A DNA stretch of 60,081 nt, taken from the IMG/VR virus record IMGVR_UViG_3300021963_000141, positions 1-60,081 of that record. One strand, 5' to 3'. Each line of letters begins with the position of its first letter. Within the stretch, counting starts at the first letter, position 1. The position numbers were made by a program, and so were the translations under genes. Shown one piece after another: positions 8,373 to 20,700 of this stretch. Source of the DNA: a virus. Its lineage: Duplodnaviria > Caudoviricetes. A model generated the notes under the pieces. That model was not told the DNA's origin and did no database searches. It saw only the letters and a list, made by a program, of their open reading frames with translations.

Positions 8373-11300
8373 TAGGTTTTACTGTGGCAATAGCTCTCAA
8401 ATCAGAAATCATTGGTGGAGTTGCTTGGTTGCTTCCTGCCATTACAATTTTAATAGAGAATGCATTAAAGTTTGGAAGATCATCAATACTATATTCATAA
8501 TCTTTGAATGATCTATCTGAAGTTTCTTGAACAAAAGAATCCGCAGATCCATCATTTCTTGATGAGTTTATAACTCTCTTAATTCCAATTCCATCTATAC
8601 TATAATTCGAATATCCTGGGAATAGTTCATAATTCTGAGAGGAGTCTGGTGCATCATCTCTGAATATTCTATAAAGAACACGTATATCATTAGTACTATT
8701 TCTACTTGCAGTTAGGAGAACCTTCAAAGAGTTTGCTGGAAGTTTCAATCTGACTGGTTTTGAAATATAAATTGTATTGTGCTTATCGAAATAGAGACTT
8801 CTAACAGAATCATCATCAGCATATAAAGATGCTGTCTGAATTCCAACTGGATTGTTTACCAAGTTGGACGTTGTTATTACAGAAGTGCGGATAGTGTCAA
8901 TTACTGGTGATACTCTGGAATCCTGAGATGACATTAAGAATTCCATAGTCAATGAACGATTTCCTGGAGTTTCAGTAATTAGTCTCTCCTCATTAACATC
9001 AGAACAAATAAGTTTTGGTGAAGTGAAGTATGTTGTATCTGCGATTGGGATAGTTTCAAATCCATCATCTATGAATGATTTTTCATTTCCACCAACACTA
9101 GTTCCGGTAAAGGTTCTAATTCTTGCAGAAATATTAGTTTTTGCTGGAATTATATTAGCAATGTTAGGTGTAATTGATTCATATTGAATGTTATTTGTGA
9201 GTATTGTGCCAGAATTTCCAGTTTGGATTGTTGAATTAAAGTAAAGATCATTGCTTCTATCAGATCCAATTCCAGTTCCCTCAAAATCAGTAGAATCCAT
9301 ATCAATTTTTATATGATAACTGTCAAGATCAATAGGATGAGTTGTTGTATTTACTTCAGCAAAATTATGTACTTTATTAATTCTTCTTAAGGAAACTCCA
9401 TTGAGTTCATACTTATAAACATAAACACCGGAATCATATGCTATTGCTTGAGTTCCATCAAGTGCTCTTGTTAATGTAGTTAGAGAATTTCCAGAAACTC
9501 CAGTATATCTAATAACCTCATTACCAATAATTACATAACCTGGATTAGAAGCACTTACTGCAACACCTTCAAAAGTGTCAAAACCAACCGAAGAAACTAG
9601 ACTTATTGTATTAACCTCTGTGGAGGTAAGTGAAGAAGTTGTTGTAGAGTTAGTTTCATTAACTGAAGGTCTCATTTCACTAATTTTTACATAGTTTTCT
9701 GATGAGTGCATTCCATGATTCTGTTGATAAATCTTGAGGTGTACACCATCATAATATTGATCTGCAGAAATGCTTGAAATTGTTACTCCTGCCCCAACAT
9801 AGGTAGTGACTCCAGAAGAATTAATGTAATTAATTGTGCTTATTCCTGCAGTAAAGGAACCTTGAACTTCATCAAGAATAAATGTGTTGTTGGATGCAAT
9901 TGTAGAAACAACTACTCTTCCCCCAAAACCAACATTTTGTCCTATGTTAGGAATTAGTAGTGAATCTCCTACTTGGTATCCAGTTCCACCAGAAGTAATA
10001 CTTACTGAATTGATAGATCCATTTAAAACCCCTACAGTTGCCTTTGCACCCTGTCCATATCCAGTCTCTGTAGTCAGAGTTACATCGGAGAAAAGTGCAG
10101 TTCCAGAAGTTGGTGTATATCCAACACCAGCATTGGTTACTGTTACGCCAGTCCCAACAGTAATGCTTCCTGCAATTCCAATTAAAGTTGATGATGAAGA
10201 TCCTTGTTTAATGGTGACGCCTGGAGTAATTAAAGAACTATCGTATCCAGTAGAACCTAATCCAACTACTATTCTCTTGGAGAGAGTTTGAATTTGATTT
10301 GAACCTGTTACGGTGACTTTTTTATTTCCAAGAGAAAGTTTTGGATTAAAGAATCTTACTAAACCTTCATTCACAAAGTTAGCTCTATTAATTCTATATT
10401 TAAGGTCTTCAAGTTGAGCAGGAGACCAAACAGTTCCATTTTGGGACTTGAAGAGACTTCCTAATGTTGGTTGCCTCGATACCTTTACGCCAGAAAGAAT
10501 ATCATTCTGTCCAAGTTCTGTCACAAATACTCTATAATTTGGACTGTTAGAAACCAAAACAATTGCATACTCTGCCTGAGTCTGACTTGCTATAGGTGCT
10601 TGGCGAACTGTTTGTTGCCTTGGTCCAGATAAAAATACTGGTGATGGGAAAGTAAATTTAGTTGGAATAGTTCCATCAACGGAAAGGTTAACTTGATCTG
10701 GAGTAAGAGTAACCTCTGAGAAAGGAACGACAATATTACTAGGAACTCCTGCAACCAATGGTCTGATTTGAAGAGTAACGGGCATATTATCGGAATCTTT
10801 TGTTTCAAACCAAATATCAACAGAAGTTAAAAATACTCCAGTGTCTTCAAATACATAGAATGATTGTGCCAGTGGATCATAAGGTTGTTGTATGTTAACA
10901 CTTCCTTGAGTTGCAGTTTGTGTAATAGTAGTAGTATTTGTAGTAATATTTGTAATTGTTGTCGTATTAATTTTACTTGGAGGAATAATTGTAATATTTC
11001 TCGTAGTTAAAATATTAGTTTCTGCAATATTGACGATTCCGCTAGAAGTAAACTCAGCCTCAGCACTACTTTCATTAATTCTTGAGTTTGCAATATATTC
11101 AGTTAATTTAATATTTTCAAGTTTTTCTGTGTCAATTAAAGTAAATGTGTTTTCTCCATTAATCCATTTTGGATTTCCCACAACATTGGGATCGGGAACA
11201 TATAATGAACCCAACAATCTTCCACTATTATCAGAAAGTAAACGAATATTTGAAATTCTTGCGACAGCACCTGAAGTTTTTCCAATTAGGGTCATATTTG

Positions 11301-14300
11301 GCGCAATTTGTCCATAGAATTCAACTTCAGATGGAAGTTCCAATGATCTAGTATCTACATTCAAGAATGTAGATGATTCACTATAATCATTTGGCATTGG
11401 TTGTTGGGTATATGGATTAAATACAAAAACATCTGGTTTTGGAAGTGCATCTGGATTTGCTGGTAATACGGAACCAGTTGCTGCATCAATTATTGGAACT
11501 GGATTTGTTATTGCTGGTGGATTTGAACCATCAAATGGTCCCGTTTTGTGGTTTGGTTTGCAAACTCTAAATCTAATCTTTGCGGAGGTAAAGAGGGGAT
11601 TACTTTCGACAGTTTCTCCAATTTGGAATTTGCCGGAAATCATTTCAACTTCAAGCAATTTTGGAATAATATAATTTTTTACATCAACACCCTGGAAGAA
11701 ACTATAGAATCTAGTGCGTGGTTTTAGTCCTCTTGCATCAAATTCAATATTTCTACTTCTCAGATATCTTACTGGTTGAGTATAATGTGATAGAGATTCT
11801 GATATAGTATCTTTTTCAATTATTTGTTGAGGAGTATAAGTTGTTACGGTGTTGCTTGTAGAATTTGTAGTTGTTGTTGTTTGTCTAGTTTCAACTAGAC
11901 CACCTGGCGTGAAATCTAGGTAACCACCAGCTCCATTCATTCTTGTTAAGAATTGATTAGCAACATCTCTTGGAACATATTTTTCTAACAGTTGTCGATC
12001 AGCATCTCCTCTCCAATGAAGACCATTAATTCTTATTGTATTTCCATTGATTATTTCTATGGTTCTTCTTTCTGCACCGCGATCGCCACCAGTGCCAATT
12101 ATTGTATTCTCTTTTCGTCCTGCAGCATCCCAACCTGAGGTTCCTTTACCTAAAATACTAGTTGCAATAACGTTTCTTGCATTTCCTAACCAATCAAAAG
12201 GTTGATCCCCAACTTGTGCAATTGGTGGATTTGTAAAAACAGTTTTATTATCAGTTAAATTATTAACAATGGTTATATTTTGATCTGGAAGTGGATCTGT
12301 AGTGTTTTTAACTTCGTTAAAGCTTGTGGTAGTAATTGCTTTTTCATCGATCCAAGTATCAATAGGTGGATTTAGTTGAAGCAAACCACTCCAATATCTA
12401 ACTAAAAATGCAGTAACACTTTCAGTTTTAGTTGCTAAAAGTTGTTCATCATATGTTACTTCAGTGTAGTCCAGTGTAATGAGATCCCCAGTTTTTCTTA
12501 CTCCAGGTGATCCAAGGTCGGTTACATAACTGCTATCTTTATTTGGAGAGAATGTTTGTCCAACACCAGAAATTACCTCAGAACCTAACTCAAGATCGAG
12601 AGATGTTGTATAATGCAATGGCCTTAAAAGTTTTCTATCCTTATCAATGCAAGATTTAAAACTTATATTTTGAAGGTCGTGATAAATATGAGTCTTAAAA
12701 TCATCAACGAAGAAACCGCACTTAAATCTATCAAGACCTGTTTCCGCATCCTTAATGGTAAAGTTTTCTGTCTTTGATTCTAATGCAGTAAGTGTTGTAA
12801 ACTCTTCAACTCTTTGAATTCTATCTTCAAGTAAAGAAATATCAGACATTCGATATCTCTTATGTTGTGCCATATTTACAATCGCATTTTTTGGATTATA
12901 AAGATATGGTGGAAGAGTTATTGTAGCTACTTGAAGAGCGTTATCTTTTGCGACAGGGGGTTTTGGATAATCATTAGGTTCTCCGGAAACAACTTCAAAT
13001 GTTCCATCTTGATTTAAGAAGACTTTATCGACTCTTCCAACATAATACGAATAATTTAAAATAATATTTTCATCGGGAGCAAGAATATATTGTGAATATT
13101 GTCCGGCATTCGTAAATATGCGAGATTCGAATTCAAAAGGAGAATTTGTAGATGTTGTATATGGTGCAACTCTAGGTCTAATATCAATATAGTCAGAAAT
13201 TCTTCTATTATTGTAAATAGGAATTTCTGTTTTAAAATTGGAATTTGAATAACTATTTGCTGTAATGAATTCTCCAGTATCACTTGAATCAATCGTGTAA
13301 TTTTGGAAAACAATTTTTAACTTTCTAGATGGTTCTAGAACGTTTTTCTTTCTTATGATTCTGCCGTAGTCATAATATTGGTCTCTCTGCCCATCATCGA
13401 GAATAAAGTTTTGAGTTACATTTTTGTCACCTAAACCTTTTTGTAAAATTAATGCTTGGGTTGATGAATCTTTACCTCTTACTACTTCACCTTCAATAAA
13501 TTGATTTAGGTTGAGATAAACATATTCAATAGTATCTGTAGATACTCTAGAAACAACTAAACCAACAGCCCCAGAAGTTTGTCCGATAACGTGCTCACCA
13601 ATGACAAAATCCTGATTATTATTAGTTGGTCCAGTAAATGATGAAAGTTTTAAATTTGGTAAAGAAGGATCTGAAGTGGTAGATGATTCATAAACTGCCA
13701 AAACATTTAAAACATCAGGAACATTTAATGATATCTCATTATCCTGAACTCTTGTTCCATAAACCTGACTATAAGTTAATCCATCATTGAGAGTTGTTGT
13801 TCCAATTCCAGATGAAGTTAACTTTGAACTACTTACAACTAGTGTAGTTGCTTTATTTAACTTTTTAAGTTTTGAATTTGGTTTAAGATTTCTTACCGTT
13901 GAAATTACATCAGCCGTTCCACTAGTTTTTGTTAACCCATTAAAAGTTAATATTTTTCCTGTAGTATCAATATTATATTTGTCTCTTCTAATAGGCTCAA
14001 TTGTTCCGTCACTATATGTAATAACAAACTTGTCTTCGTCAAAAGAATCAAAATAAATGTCAGCATCTGTAATAGTAATTGTCAGACTATTAGCAGAAAA
14101 TGAAACATTTGGGAAAAATCTTCTTTGGATTACTTCATTATCTTCTAGAGAGACTGATGAAATGTTCTCTCTATCTAATCTTGTAAGTAAAGATGAATCC
14201 TGTCCATAAGAAGATGCAGAAATTTTAACAATATTAGTAACTGTACTATTACTCGTTGGTAAATTGCCAGAACAAATTCCAGAAACTGTAGTGAGTGCCG

Positions 14301-16191
14301 ATACGGTGAAGTTAGTTCCACCTGCACTTACAGAATTTACCTTATTATAAATTACATCAAATCCTACATTTGGATTTGGATATGAAATAATATCTCCAAC
14401 AACGATTTTATTAACAAAGTTTGTTCCCAGTCCAGCAGAGACTGTACTGATTCCACCAGAACCAGCAGTGATATTAAATAGAGTTCCTTGTGGTGCAATT
14501 AATGTTCTTGACTCAAGAACCAAATCTGCATTAAAAGTTGATACCCCAACTTTTGAATATACTGATTTTATATCTGAAATAGAATAGTCTCTTACTGTTT
14601 TAATCAATCTTCCATTATCAATTCCATTAATAGTAACTGCTTCGTTCTCTAAAAATTTTCCAGAAACTTGATATAATGTTAATGAAGAAGAGTTAGAAAC
14701 AGAAGTTCTTAGATAACCACTTGCGTTACTTTTCTTTCCTTGAACAAATGCTGGAAGAGATTGTGTGATTGATGTAGTTAATCCAATATTTGTAAATGTT
14801 TGGATGTCATATAGTCTTAAAAATGACTTACTAATATCATTTACATAATTTGCCTCTGGAACAAAATCATAAACTCTAGCAACACCAATTGTAGTTCCAG
14901 TTGCTACGTATGCAGTATCTCCGATTCTGGAATCCATTAAACTTACATATGATGTAGTTCCAAGACCTATTGAAGCGGAACCATATGAATTATTAACAAT
15001 AAACAGATTACCTGCATTATATGGAATTAACTGATTACTTAAAGTTTTAGTAGATCTTGGCTTTGCAACATCTAAAAGTTTTGGTGCGATACTTTCAACG
15101 TCATAACCATTCACATAAGCTTTACCAGATCCAACTTGATAGACCATCTTATCTTCAGATGGTGTTTCTCCATTAACTGTTGTTTGGTCTTCAAAGTAAA
15201 TTCCATTTGATAAAACTCTATCATTCAAACTATCTTGAACAAATAATGTAAATGGTTTTACATAATAATCACCATTAGTTTCTGCAGTTCTTCTTGCAAG
15301 TTCATCTCTAATTAAACTATATTGTGGATTTTTATTAAAGAATTGAGGATCTCCATTAAGAACTCTCAATATCTCTACAAAATTATCTGCTTCATCGCTA
15401 ATTTCTTTCTTAGTTAATTCAAGTTCAATCTTGAATCTATCGGCTCCTGGAGCTGCATAGTTTGAAAATCCTTGTGCATTGTCAAATAAAGATGGATCTT
15501 CATCTGAAGTTACAACACTTTCAATTACATTAAATCCAATCCTGTATGAAGGATTTACTCCATATTGGTCAAGAATAATTCTTTGTTCAAGAACTCTAAC
15601 AAAAGCACCTCTTATAAAATAAACACCAGATGCTACTTTTACCGAAGAACCATTTGAAGTTGCATTTGCGGAGATTGTGTTACAAACTCCTTGCCCAACT
15701 GTAATAGTAAAGTTTCCATATGAAACTTCTTTTTCTGTAATTAAAGTTTCTCCATCATTAAAAACTTTATTATTAAAGTCTGCTCCTCCGCTTTCTAGAT
15801 ATTGAATGTATAAAGTATAATTACTTCTTTCAGACTCGGAATTGTTAAGAACGTAAACTACCCTAGCAGAAACTCCACTAACTGCACCCCTTAAAGTTGT
15901 TCCTAAAAGTTGATCGAAATATAGAGAAACTGGTGAACCATTAAAAGTAGATTCAATCTCTACGGCATAAAATGGATTATCATATGAAAGTTGTCCGGGA
16001 ATTACTACAGAACCTTCTTTAAAAATATGATTTCCAAACTGCTCAACTTGATTTTGGAGAATTGACTGTAAAGTAGTTAATTCTCTTGCTTGAATAGGAT
16101 AACCTGGTTTAAATAAAACTTTGTAATAGTCTTTATTGATATCAAAATCATCAAAATATGGAGAGACGTTGAGGTTAGTTTCCTGTGGCAT
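8365..16191 (-). CDS. Large structural protein, VrlC/DUF4815-like (2608 aa)
   Basis: N-terminus TNLNVSPYFDDF..YKVLFKPG.P.QARELT.LQSILQNQ, APGADR, DPLAQSF, GSLFKSQNG.VW, C-terminus DLRAIA. Sits between gp8 and gp13. Confidence 0.88.
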   Translation of the reverse strand: MPQETNLNVSPYFDDFDINKDYYKVLFKPGYPIQARELTTLQSILQNQVEQFGNHIFKEGSVVIPGQLSYDNPFYAVEIESTFNGSPVSLYFDQLLGTTLRGAVSGVSARVVYVLNNSESERSNYTLYIQYLESGGADFNNKVFNDGETLITEKEVSYGNFTITVGQGVCNTISANATSNGSSVKVASGVYFIRGAFVRVLEQRIILDQYGVNPSYRIGFNVIESVVTSDEDPSLFDNAQGFSNYAAPGADRFKIELELTKKEISDEADNFVEILRVLNGDPQFFNKNPQYSLIRDELARRTAETNGDYYVKPFTLFVQDSLNDRVLSNGIYFEDQTTVNGETPSEDKMVYQVGSGKAYVNGYDVESIAPKLLDVAKPRSTKTLSNQLIPYNAGNLFIVNNSYGSASIGLGTTSYVSLMDSRIGDTAYVATGTTIGVARVYDFVPEANYVNDISKSFLRLYDIQTFTNIGLTTSITQSLPAFVQGKKSNASGYLRTSVSNSSSLTLYQVSGKFLENEAVTINGIDNGRLIKTVRDYSISDIKSVYSKVGVSTFNADLVLESRTLIAPQGTLFNITAGSGGISTVSAGLGTNFVNKIVVGDIISYPNPNVGFDVIYNKVNSVSAGGTNFTVSALTTVSGICSGNLPTSNSTVTNIVKISASSYGQDSSLLTRLDRENISSVSLEDNEVIQRRFFPNVSFSANSLTITITDADIYFDSFDEDKFVITYSDGTIEPIRRDKYNIDTTGKILTFNGLTKTSGTADVISTVRNLKPNSKLKKLNKATTLVVSSSKLTSSGIGTTTLNDGLTYSQVYGTRVQDNEISLNVPDVLNVLAVYESSTTSDPSLPNLKLSSFTGPTNNNQDFVIGEHVIGQTSGAVGLVVSRVSTDTIEYVYLNLNQFIEGEVVRGKDSSTQALILQKGLGDKNVTQNFILDDGQRDQYYDYGRIIRKKNVLEPSRKLKIVFQNYTIDSSDTGEFITANSYSNSNFKTEIPIYNNRRISDYIDIRPRVAPYTTSTNSPFEFESRIFTNAGQYSQYILAPDENIILNYSYYVGRVDKVFLNQDGTFEVVSGEPNDYPKPPVAKDNALQVATITLPPYLYNPKNAIVNMAQHKRYRMSDISLLEDRIQRVEEFTTLTALESKTENFTIKDAETGLDRFKCGFFVDDFKTHIYHDLQNISFKSCIDKDRKLLRPLHYTTSLDLELGSEVISGVGQTFSPNKDSSYVTDLGSPGVRKTGDLITLDYTEVTYDEQLLATKTESVTAFLVRYWSGLLQLNPPIDTWIDEKAITTTSFNEVKNTTDPLPDQNITIVNNLTDNKTVFTNPPIAQVGDQPFDWLGNARNVIATSILGKGTSGWDAAGRKENTIIGTGGDRGAERRTIEIINGNTIRINGLHWRGDADRQLLEKYVPRDVANQFLTRMNGAGGYLDFTPGGLVETRQTTTTTNSTSNTVTTYTPQQIIEKDTISESLSHYTQPVRYLRSRNIEFDARGLKPRTRFYSFFQGVDVKNYIIPKLLEVEMISGKFQIGETVESNPLFTSAKIRFRVCKPNHKTGPFDGSNPPAITNPVPIIDAATGSVLPANPDALPKPDVFVFNPYTQQPMPNDYSESSTFLNVDTRSLELPSEVEFYGQIAPNMTLIGKTSGAVARISNIRLLSDNSGRLLGSLYVPDPNVVGNPKWINGENTFTLIDTEKLENIKLTEYIANSRINESSAEAEFTSSGIVNIAETNILTTRNITIIPPSKINTTTITNITTNTTTITQTATQGSVNIQQPYDPLAQSFYVFEDTGVFLTSVDIWFETKDSDNMPVTLQIRPLVAGVPSNIVVPFSEVTLTPDQVNLSVDGTIPTKFTFPSPVFLSGPRQQTVRQAPIASQTQAEYAIVLVSNSPNYRVFVTELGQNDILSGVKVSRQPTLGSLFKSQNGTVWSPAQLEDLKYRINRANFVNEGLVRFFNPKLSLGNKKVTVTGSNQIQTLSKRIVVGLGSTGYDSSLITPGVTIKQGSSSSTLIGIAGSITVGTGVTVTNAGVGYTPTSGTALFSDVTLTTETGYGQGAKATVGVLNGSINSVSITSGGTGYQVGDSLLIPNIGQNVGFGGRVVVSTIASNNTFILDEVQGSFTAGISTINYINSSGVTTYVGAGVTISSISADQYYDGVHLKIYQQNHGMHSSENYVKISEMRPSVNETNSTTTSSLTSTEVNTISLVSSVGFDTFEGVAVSASNPGYVIIGNEVIRYTGVSGNSLTTLTRALDGTQAIAYDSGVYVYKYELNGVSLRRINKVHNFAEVNTTTHPIDLDSYHIKIDMDSTDFEGTGIGSDRSNDLYFNSTIQTGNSGTILTNNIQYESITPNIANIIPAKTNISARIRTFTGTSVGGNEKSFIDDGFETIPIADTTYFTSPKLICSDVNEERLITETPGNRSLTMEFLMSSQDSRVSPVIDTIRTSVITTSNLVNNPVGIQTASLYADDDSVRSLYFDKHNTIYISKPVRLKLPANSLKVLLTASRNSTNDIRVLYRIFRDDAPDSSQNYELFPGYSNYSIDGIGIKRVINSSRNDGSADSFVQETSDRSFKDYEYSIDDLPNFNAFSIKIVMAGSNQATPPMISDLRAIATVKPNV

Positions 16192-16197
16192 AATTCT

Positions 16198-17748
16198 TTA
16201 GAATTGCAAAATAACTTTGATATCTTCTTTTTGGTTTTGTGACCTTGTAATCGAAGGTCTATTATCGACGTAAATAATATTTCCTGAGTATTTTTTGACC
16301 TCTGGATTTGCCAAACCGCCGATAAAGGATTGACCAAGATTATATGTTCTATTATTTATCGAGGTAGAGACGCCTGTAAAAGTTGTATCAATGTATAAAT
16401 CAGTACCTGTTATAAAGGTAGTGCCACCTGTCCCAACTGAACTTGTAAATCTGTTTAATTGAATTCCATAAGTTGGGGAAGCATTTTGAGAACCATCGGT
16501 ATTAAAACCCGCAAGACTTTTATCTTGCCAATACTTTAGAACTCCTGTATTTTGATCATACGAAACAACTCTTCCGACAGCAGTTGTTCCTGTGCTTATA
16601 GTTTGAGTAAATCTGGAGTTTGCTGTAAAAGTAGCAGTGCTATATCCAGTACCAGCAAGTCTTAAAGCATAAACAGCACTTGCTTTTTCAATATCTAATA
16701 ATGAAGATGAGTTAAATGCTTGTGGATTTTCTACAATCCCAACTCTAGCAATTTTATTTCCAGTTATAAAGTCTGGATTTTCTATATCATTTTCTATTCT
16801 AGAATAAATTAAAACATTATATGCGCCCAACTCTTTGTAAATGTCTGCTCCATGTCCTCCTTTAGGTGGAATGATAACATCAAAAGTTGGCGTAGTGGTT
16901 CCTGTGGGGACATTCCCTCCAACCAAATCAATAGTTCCAAAAGTATATCCGTCTCCACCAGAGGATACTGTAATAGATTCTACCTTAGAGTCATTATTAA
17001 TTACTATCGTCGCTTTCCCCCCAGTTCCATCTCCTTTGATTGGAACATTTGTATATGTTCTATTTGCTGTTCCTAATCCAACACCACGATTCGTAATTGT
17101 AATTATTTTGAGTTGGCTGTTTGAGGTAGATGCATTTGTTCTAATTGCAGCACTCTCTGAACTAGTTTCCCAATTTTTTGGTACTGGTATAAAATTAACG
17201 GTATCAAATTTTATAATTTCACTTGGTTTAACAGTATAAAGATATTTCCATACATACCCATCACCACTATCGCCAGCAGCTCTGGGTTCTAAATCTGTAA
17301 AGATTGGTTCGTCTAAAGATGGCCTTCCGTCTGGATTTTCGGGGTCAGTTCCATTTTGTAGGCATATGTAAACTCTATAATCACTGTTTATAACATAATA
17401 ATTTGAAGAATATAAACTAGTCGAACCTGATGGCTTGGATGTTCTGGTTCTACTTATATCATGACGATACATATCATAAGTTGTTCCGGATGACCAAGTT
17501 AATTTACGAATGACTTGGGATACATCAGATGCTTTTACTTTTTTCAAAGCAACCATTGTATCCCAATAATCGTTTTCTTGATCAAAATTATCCTTAGGTG
17601 ATGGTGGGTTACTTTCCCATCCAGAGGAATAATCTGTTGCATTAGTTAAACCAACAAAAGCATAATAAGAATTTGACGAAGAAGTTGCTGCCGAAACAAA
17701 ATTCTTCGCATTCAAAATTCTTAATTGGTCAGTTATAATTGCAGACAT
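16198..17748 (-). CDS. gp8: Baseplate wedge subunit
   Basis: MSAIITDQLRILNA, W.SGTTYDMY, VYICLQNG, DGYVWKYLY, SGNIIYVDNR..ITRS.NQKEDIKVILQF. Confidence 0.92.
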   Translation of the reverse strand: MSAIITDQLRILNAKNFVSAATSSSNSYYAFVGLTNATDYSSGWESNPPSPKDNFDQENDYWDTMVALKKVKASDVSQVIRKLTWSSGTTYDMYRHDISRTRTSKPSGSTSLYSSNYYVINSDYRVYICLQNGTDPENPDGRPSLDEPIFTDLEPRAAGDSGDGYVWKYLYTVKPSEIIKFDTVNFIPVPKNWETSSESAAIRTNASTSNSQLKIITITNRGVGLGTANRTYTNVPIKGDGTGGKATIVINNDSKVESITVSSGGDGYTFGTIDLVGGNVPTGTTTPTFDVIIPPKGGHGADIYKELGAYNVLIYSRIENDIENPDFITGNKIARVGIVENPQAFNSSSLLDIEKASAVYALRLAGTGYSTATFTANSRFTQTISTGTTAVGRVVSYDQNTGVLKYWQDKSLAGFNTDGSQNASPTYGIQLNRFTSSVGTGGTTFITGTDLYIDTTFTGVSTSINNRTYNLGQSFIGGLANPEVKKYSGNIIYVDNRPSITRSQNQKEDIKVILQF

Positions 17749-17764
17749 TTTACAGTTTTTTATC

Positions 17765-17772
17765 TATTTATG
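17765..17772 (-). promoter_or_regulatory. Late promoter variant (CATAAATA) for gp8
   Basis: ATAAATA ~17 nt upstream of the gp8 ATG, overlapping the gp7 stop. Confidence 0.55.
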
Positions 17773-20700
17773 TGGTTGAATACCCAATATACTTTAATTT
17801 ATTGTATCTTTGGACTATAGGCGAAGAAGAAATTCCGGCAATATTTGCATAACTTATGAACTCTTGTGGGTTTGGACGAATAGGTGTCAAGATTCTTCCC
17901 CAACTATATTCACCATAAAAACCACTAAATCCAAGTCCAGTCAAACCATTGTAACTAGATACACTTACTGTTACTTTAGCAACATTAGTAATGCCTATTC
18001 CAGGAACTGCAGTTTGTGCTATTGAAACTGATACGACTTGATAAATGTTATCAATAAAGGTTGTGCCAACACCAACGATACCTCCAGTTGAATTTAATGA
18101 TGTCAATCCATTACCAACATTAGACTTGGATACAGTAAAGTAATATCCAGTTTGAATTCCACTAATTCCAGTTGTTGCAACACCAACCTTGACAATTTCA
18201 GAATTTCTTAAAATTGAATCTTTTGGAATAAAGAAATCAAATACAATTCCAGTAGAAGCAACACCCACAGATGTTGTCTTAATTCCAGAAATTAATCCAA
18301 AATCTCCTTCATAAGAAACTTTATCTATAGATTCATATTTTAGTGAAGGTGTTTCAATTAAAACTGCAGGAGGTTCTGCAGAAGAATAACCAGACCCAGG
18401 AACCGTAATTGCAACTCCAGTTACGACTCCTCCCGATATAGTTGCAGATGCCTTTGCTGTATTTTGTGCTGCTGTAGTTCCAAATCCAACCGGACTTGCA
18501 ATAGTTACTACTGGTGTTGTAGAATATCCAACCCCACCATCAGAAATAACGATGGAAGAAATAGTGCCAGATAGAGATACAATTGCAGTGGCCGCGGCAG
18601 AAGTTATGGAATCCTGAGATATAATTAAAATTTTGTTTTGTGGTTTTTCATTAGTTCCATCGTGAACATATTCTTTTTCACTATCAAAGAATGCTTTCAC
18701 ACTTTCAACAAATATAGAAGTAGAACCAATACCAATGTTTTGAATTATGTTTGTGGTAGGTTGAATATATGGTTCATAAATGACTCTATCTTTTCCAACA
18801 TAAGATCCATTTACAACACGATCTTCAGTTTGTCTGCACCAGGTTAATGGTCTAAGTAACTCTTCATCTTGAGTTACTCCAGGTCCTGGATATAAATTAG
18901 TATTAATTATATCTGAAGAAACAATAGTTGTTACTACTCTATCTTGCTGCGACAGATTAATACTATCATCGGTTATTAATACATCATCGCCAATCTTAAC
19001 TGTCTCTAGAACATCAACGGTTTGTGTATCTAAATCTCCAGTTCCTCTATAGAAAAGTATTCTTGAAATGTCACCTTCTTTTGGAGCTTCTGAGAATGTT
19101 ATTATACTTCCTCCATTAAATGTATAACCATCTCCAGGAACCTGAAGAACGTCATTGATGAAAATCAATAAGGTTGCTTGAACATCAATGTTGGATCCTC
19201 TTCTAGATCTAATCGTAGTCTGATTTCCATTGATTAAAATTGGGAATGACTTTCTGTTTCCATCAAATAAAGAATCCAATGGATCAATCACTTGAAGTTT
19301 TCCAACAGACCACGCCGAAAACTTGTCATATCTAACATCATCCACAGTAATTTGGAACTCAGAGAAACTAAGTGATGTGTTAGTTGGAATTCCGGCAGTC
19401 CCACCAATTGAAACTGTTAGAATTTCTCTTCTCTTATATCCATATCCAAGATTTTTTAGTTCAAATGAAATAACACTTGAACCTTGTCCAACAACAATAT
19501 CCACGACTGCACCAGTTCCAATTCCCATTGAAGATTGAGAACTATAAACTAATGGAAGATTTGAATATGATAGTGGATAATCAAAAACAACATCTGGTGG
19601 ATTTGACGTTGTATATCCAGCGCCTGGATTTGTGATATCTACGCTAACTATATTTCCATTGCTAACTAAAGCAGTTCCTATAAATTCAATATTTGGCGTT
19701 CCTTTACTTTCTGTCTTAACTCCAACATTAACAACTGTTTGGATTCCAACTCTATATCCAGAACCACTGTTTCCAATGCTAATAGATTGTATTGTGCCAG
19801 CAGAAGATACGATTGCAGTTCCACCAGCTGCAACAAGTGGTTGATATCCAAATCCTTGAGTAGAACCGACTGATAGAATAATTCCACCTCTTGGAATACT
19901 AGCAGTGTTTATGTCATATGTTGTTGATGCAGAATTTCCAATAAATGTAATAGTTGTAATTCCTGCAGTCTCCACTAAATTATAACTGTCTGTTATTCCT
20001 GGAGCATTTGGTCCTTGGAATACGTCATTGATTAAAACAATAGCATTATCAGTTGACATACCGATAACATTTGAACCAGAAGATTTGAGTGTAAATGTTT
20101 TATCTAAACCATTAAAGTTGTTCGAAATGTCATCAAATACATAATTTTTACTATATGGTTCAGTGCTTGTATTCTCTTCGCCAGATCTTAAAAATACCCT
20201 TCCCGTGAATGTTGCTCCAGTTTCAATTCCAACATAGTCAACCTCGTCCGCCCTATTTGTTGGATTTAAAATTGGAACTTTTCCATAAGGTGCCTCGTCA
20301 AAGTGAATTACATTATCTACAATGTTATAGTTTCCTATGACCTTTGTTACAAGAGAAGATGAAATATGAGTTGACAATCCAGTTCCCAACCATGGTCTTA
20401 AAACAGAAATTGCATTTGTGCTTCCAACTCCAACCGAAGTGACTCTCATAATTTCGTTATCAATCTTAAGTAAGTCACCACCAAATATAGAAGTAATTCC
20501 AGATATTGATATTTCGGATTCAAATAATCCAACATTTTTTGATAAAGTGGTTGTTACCGCAGTTGATGTTAACGGAGACTGTATCACATTATCAATACTG
20601 ATTATTGATTTTTTATTTTGATTTCTTGAAGTGAAGAAATGCGAAGTTCCTATTCCGACAGAAGTTATGTCTAAAACATTTGGAATTGATTTTAATGCAT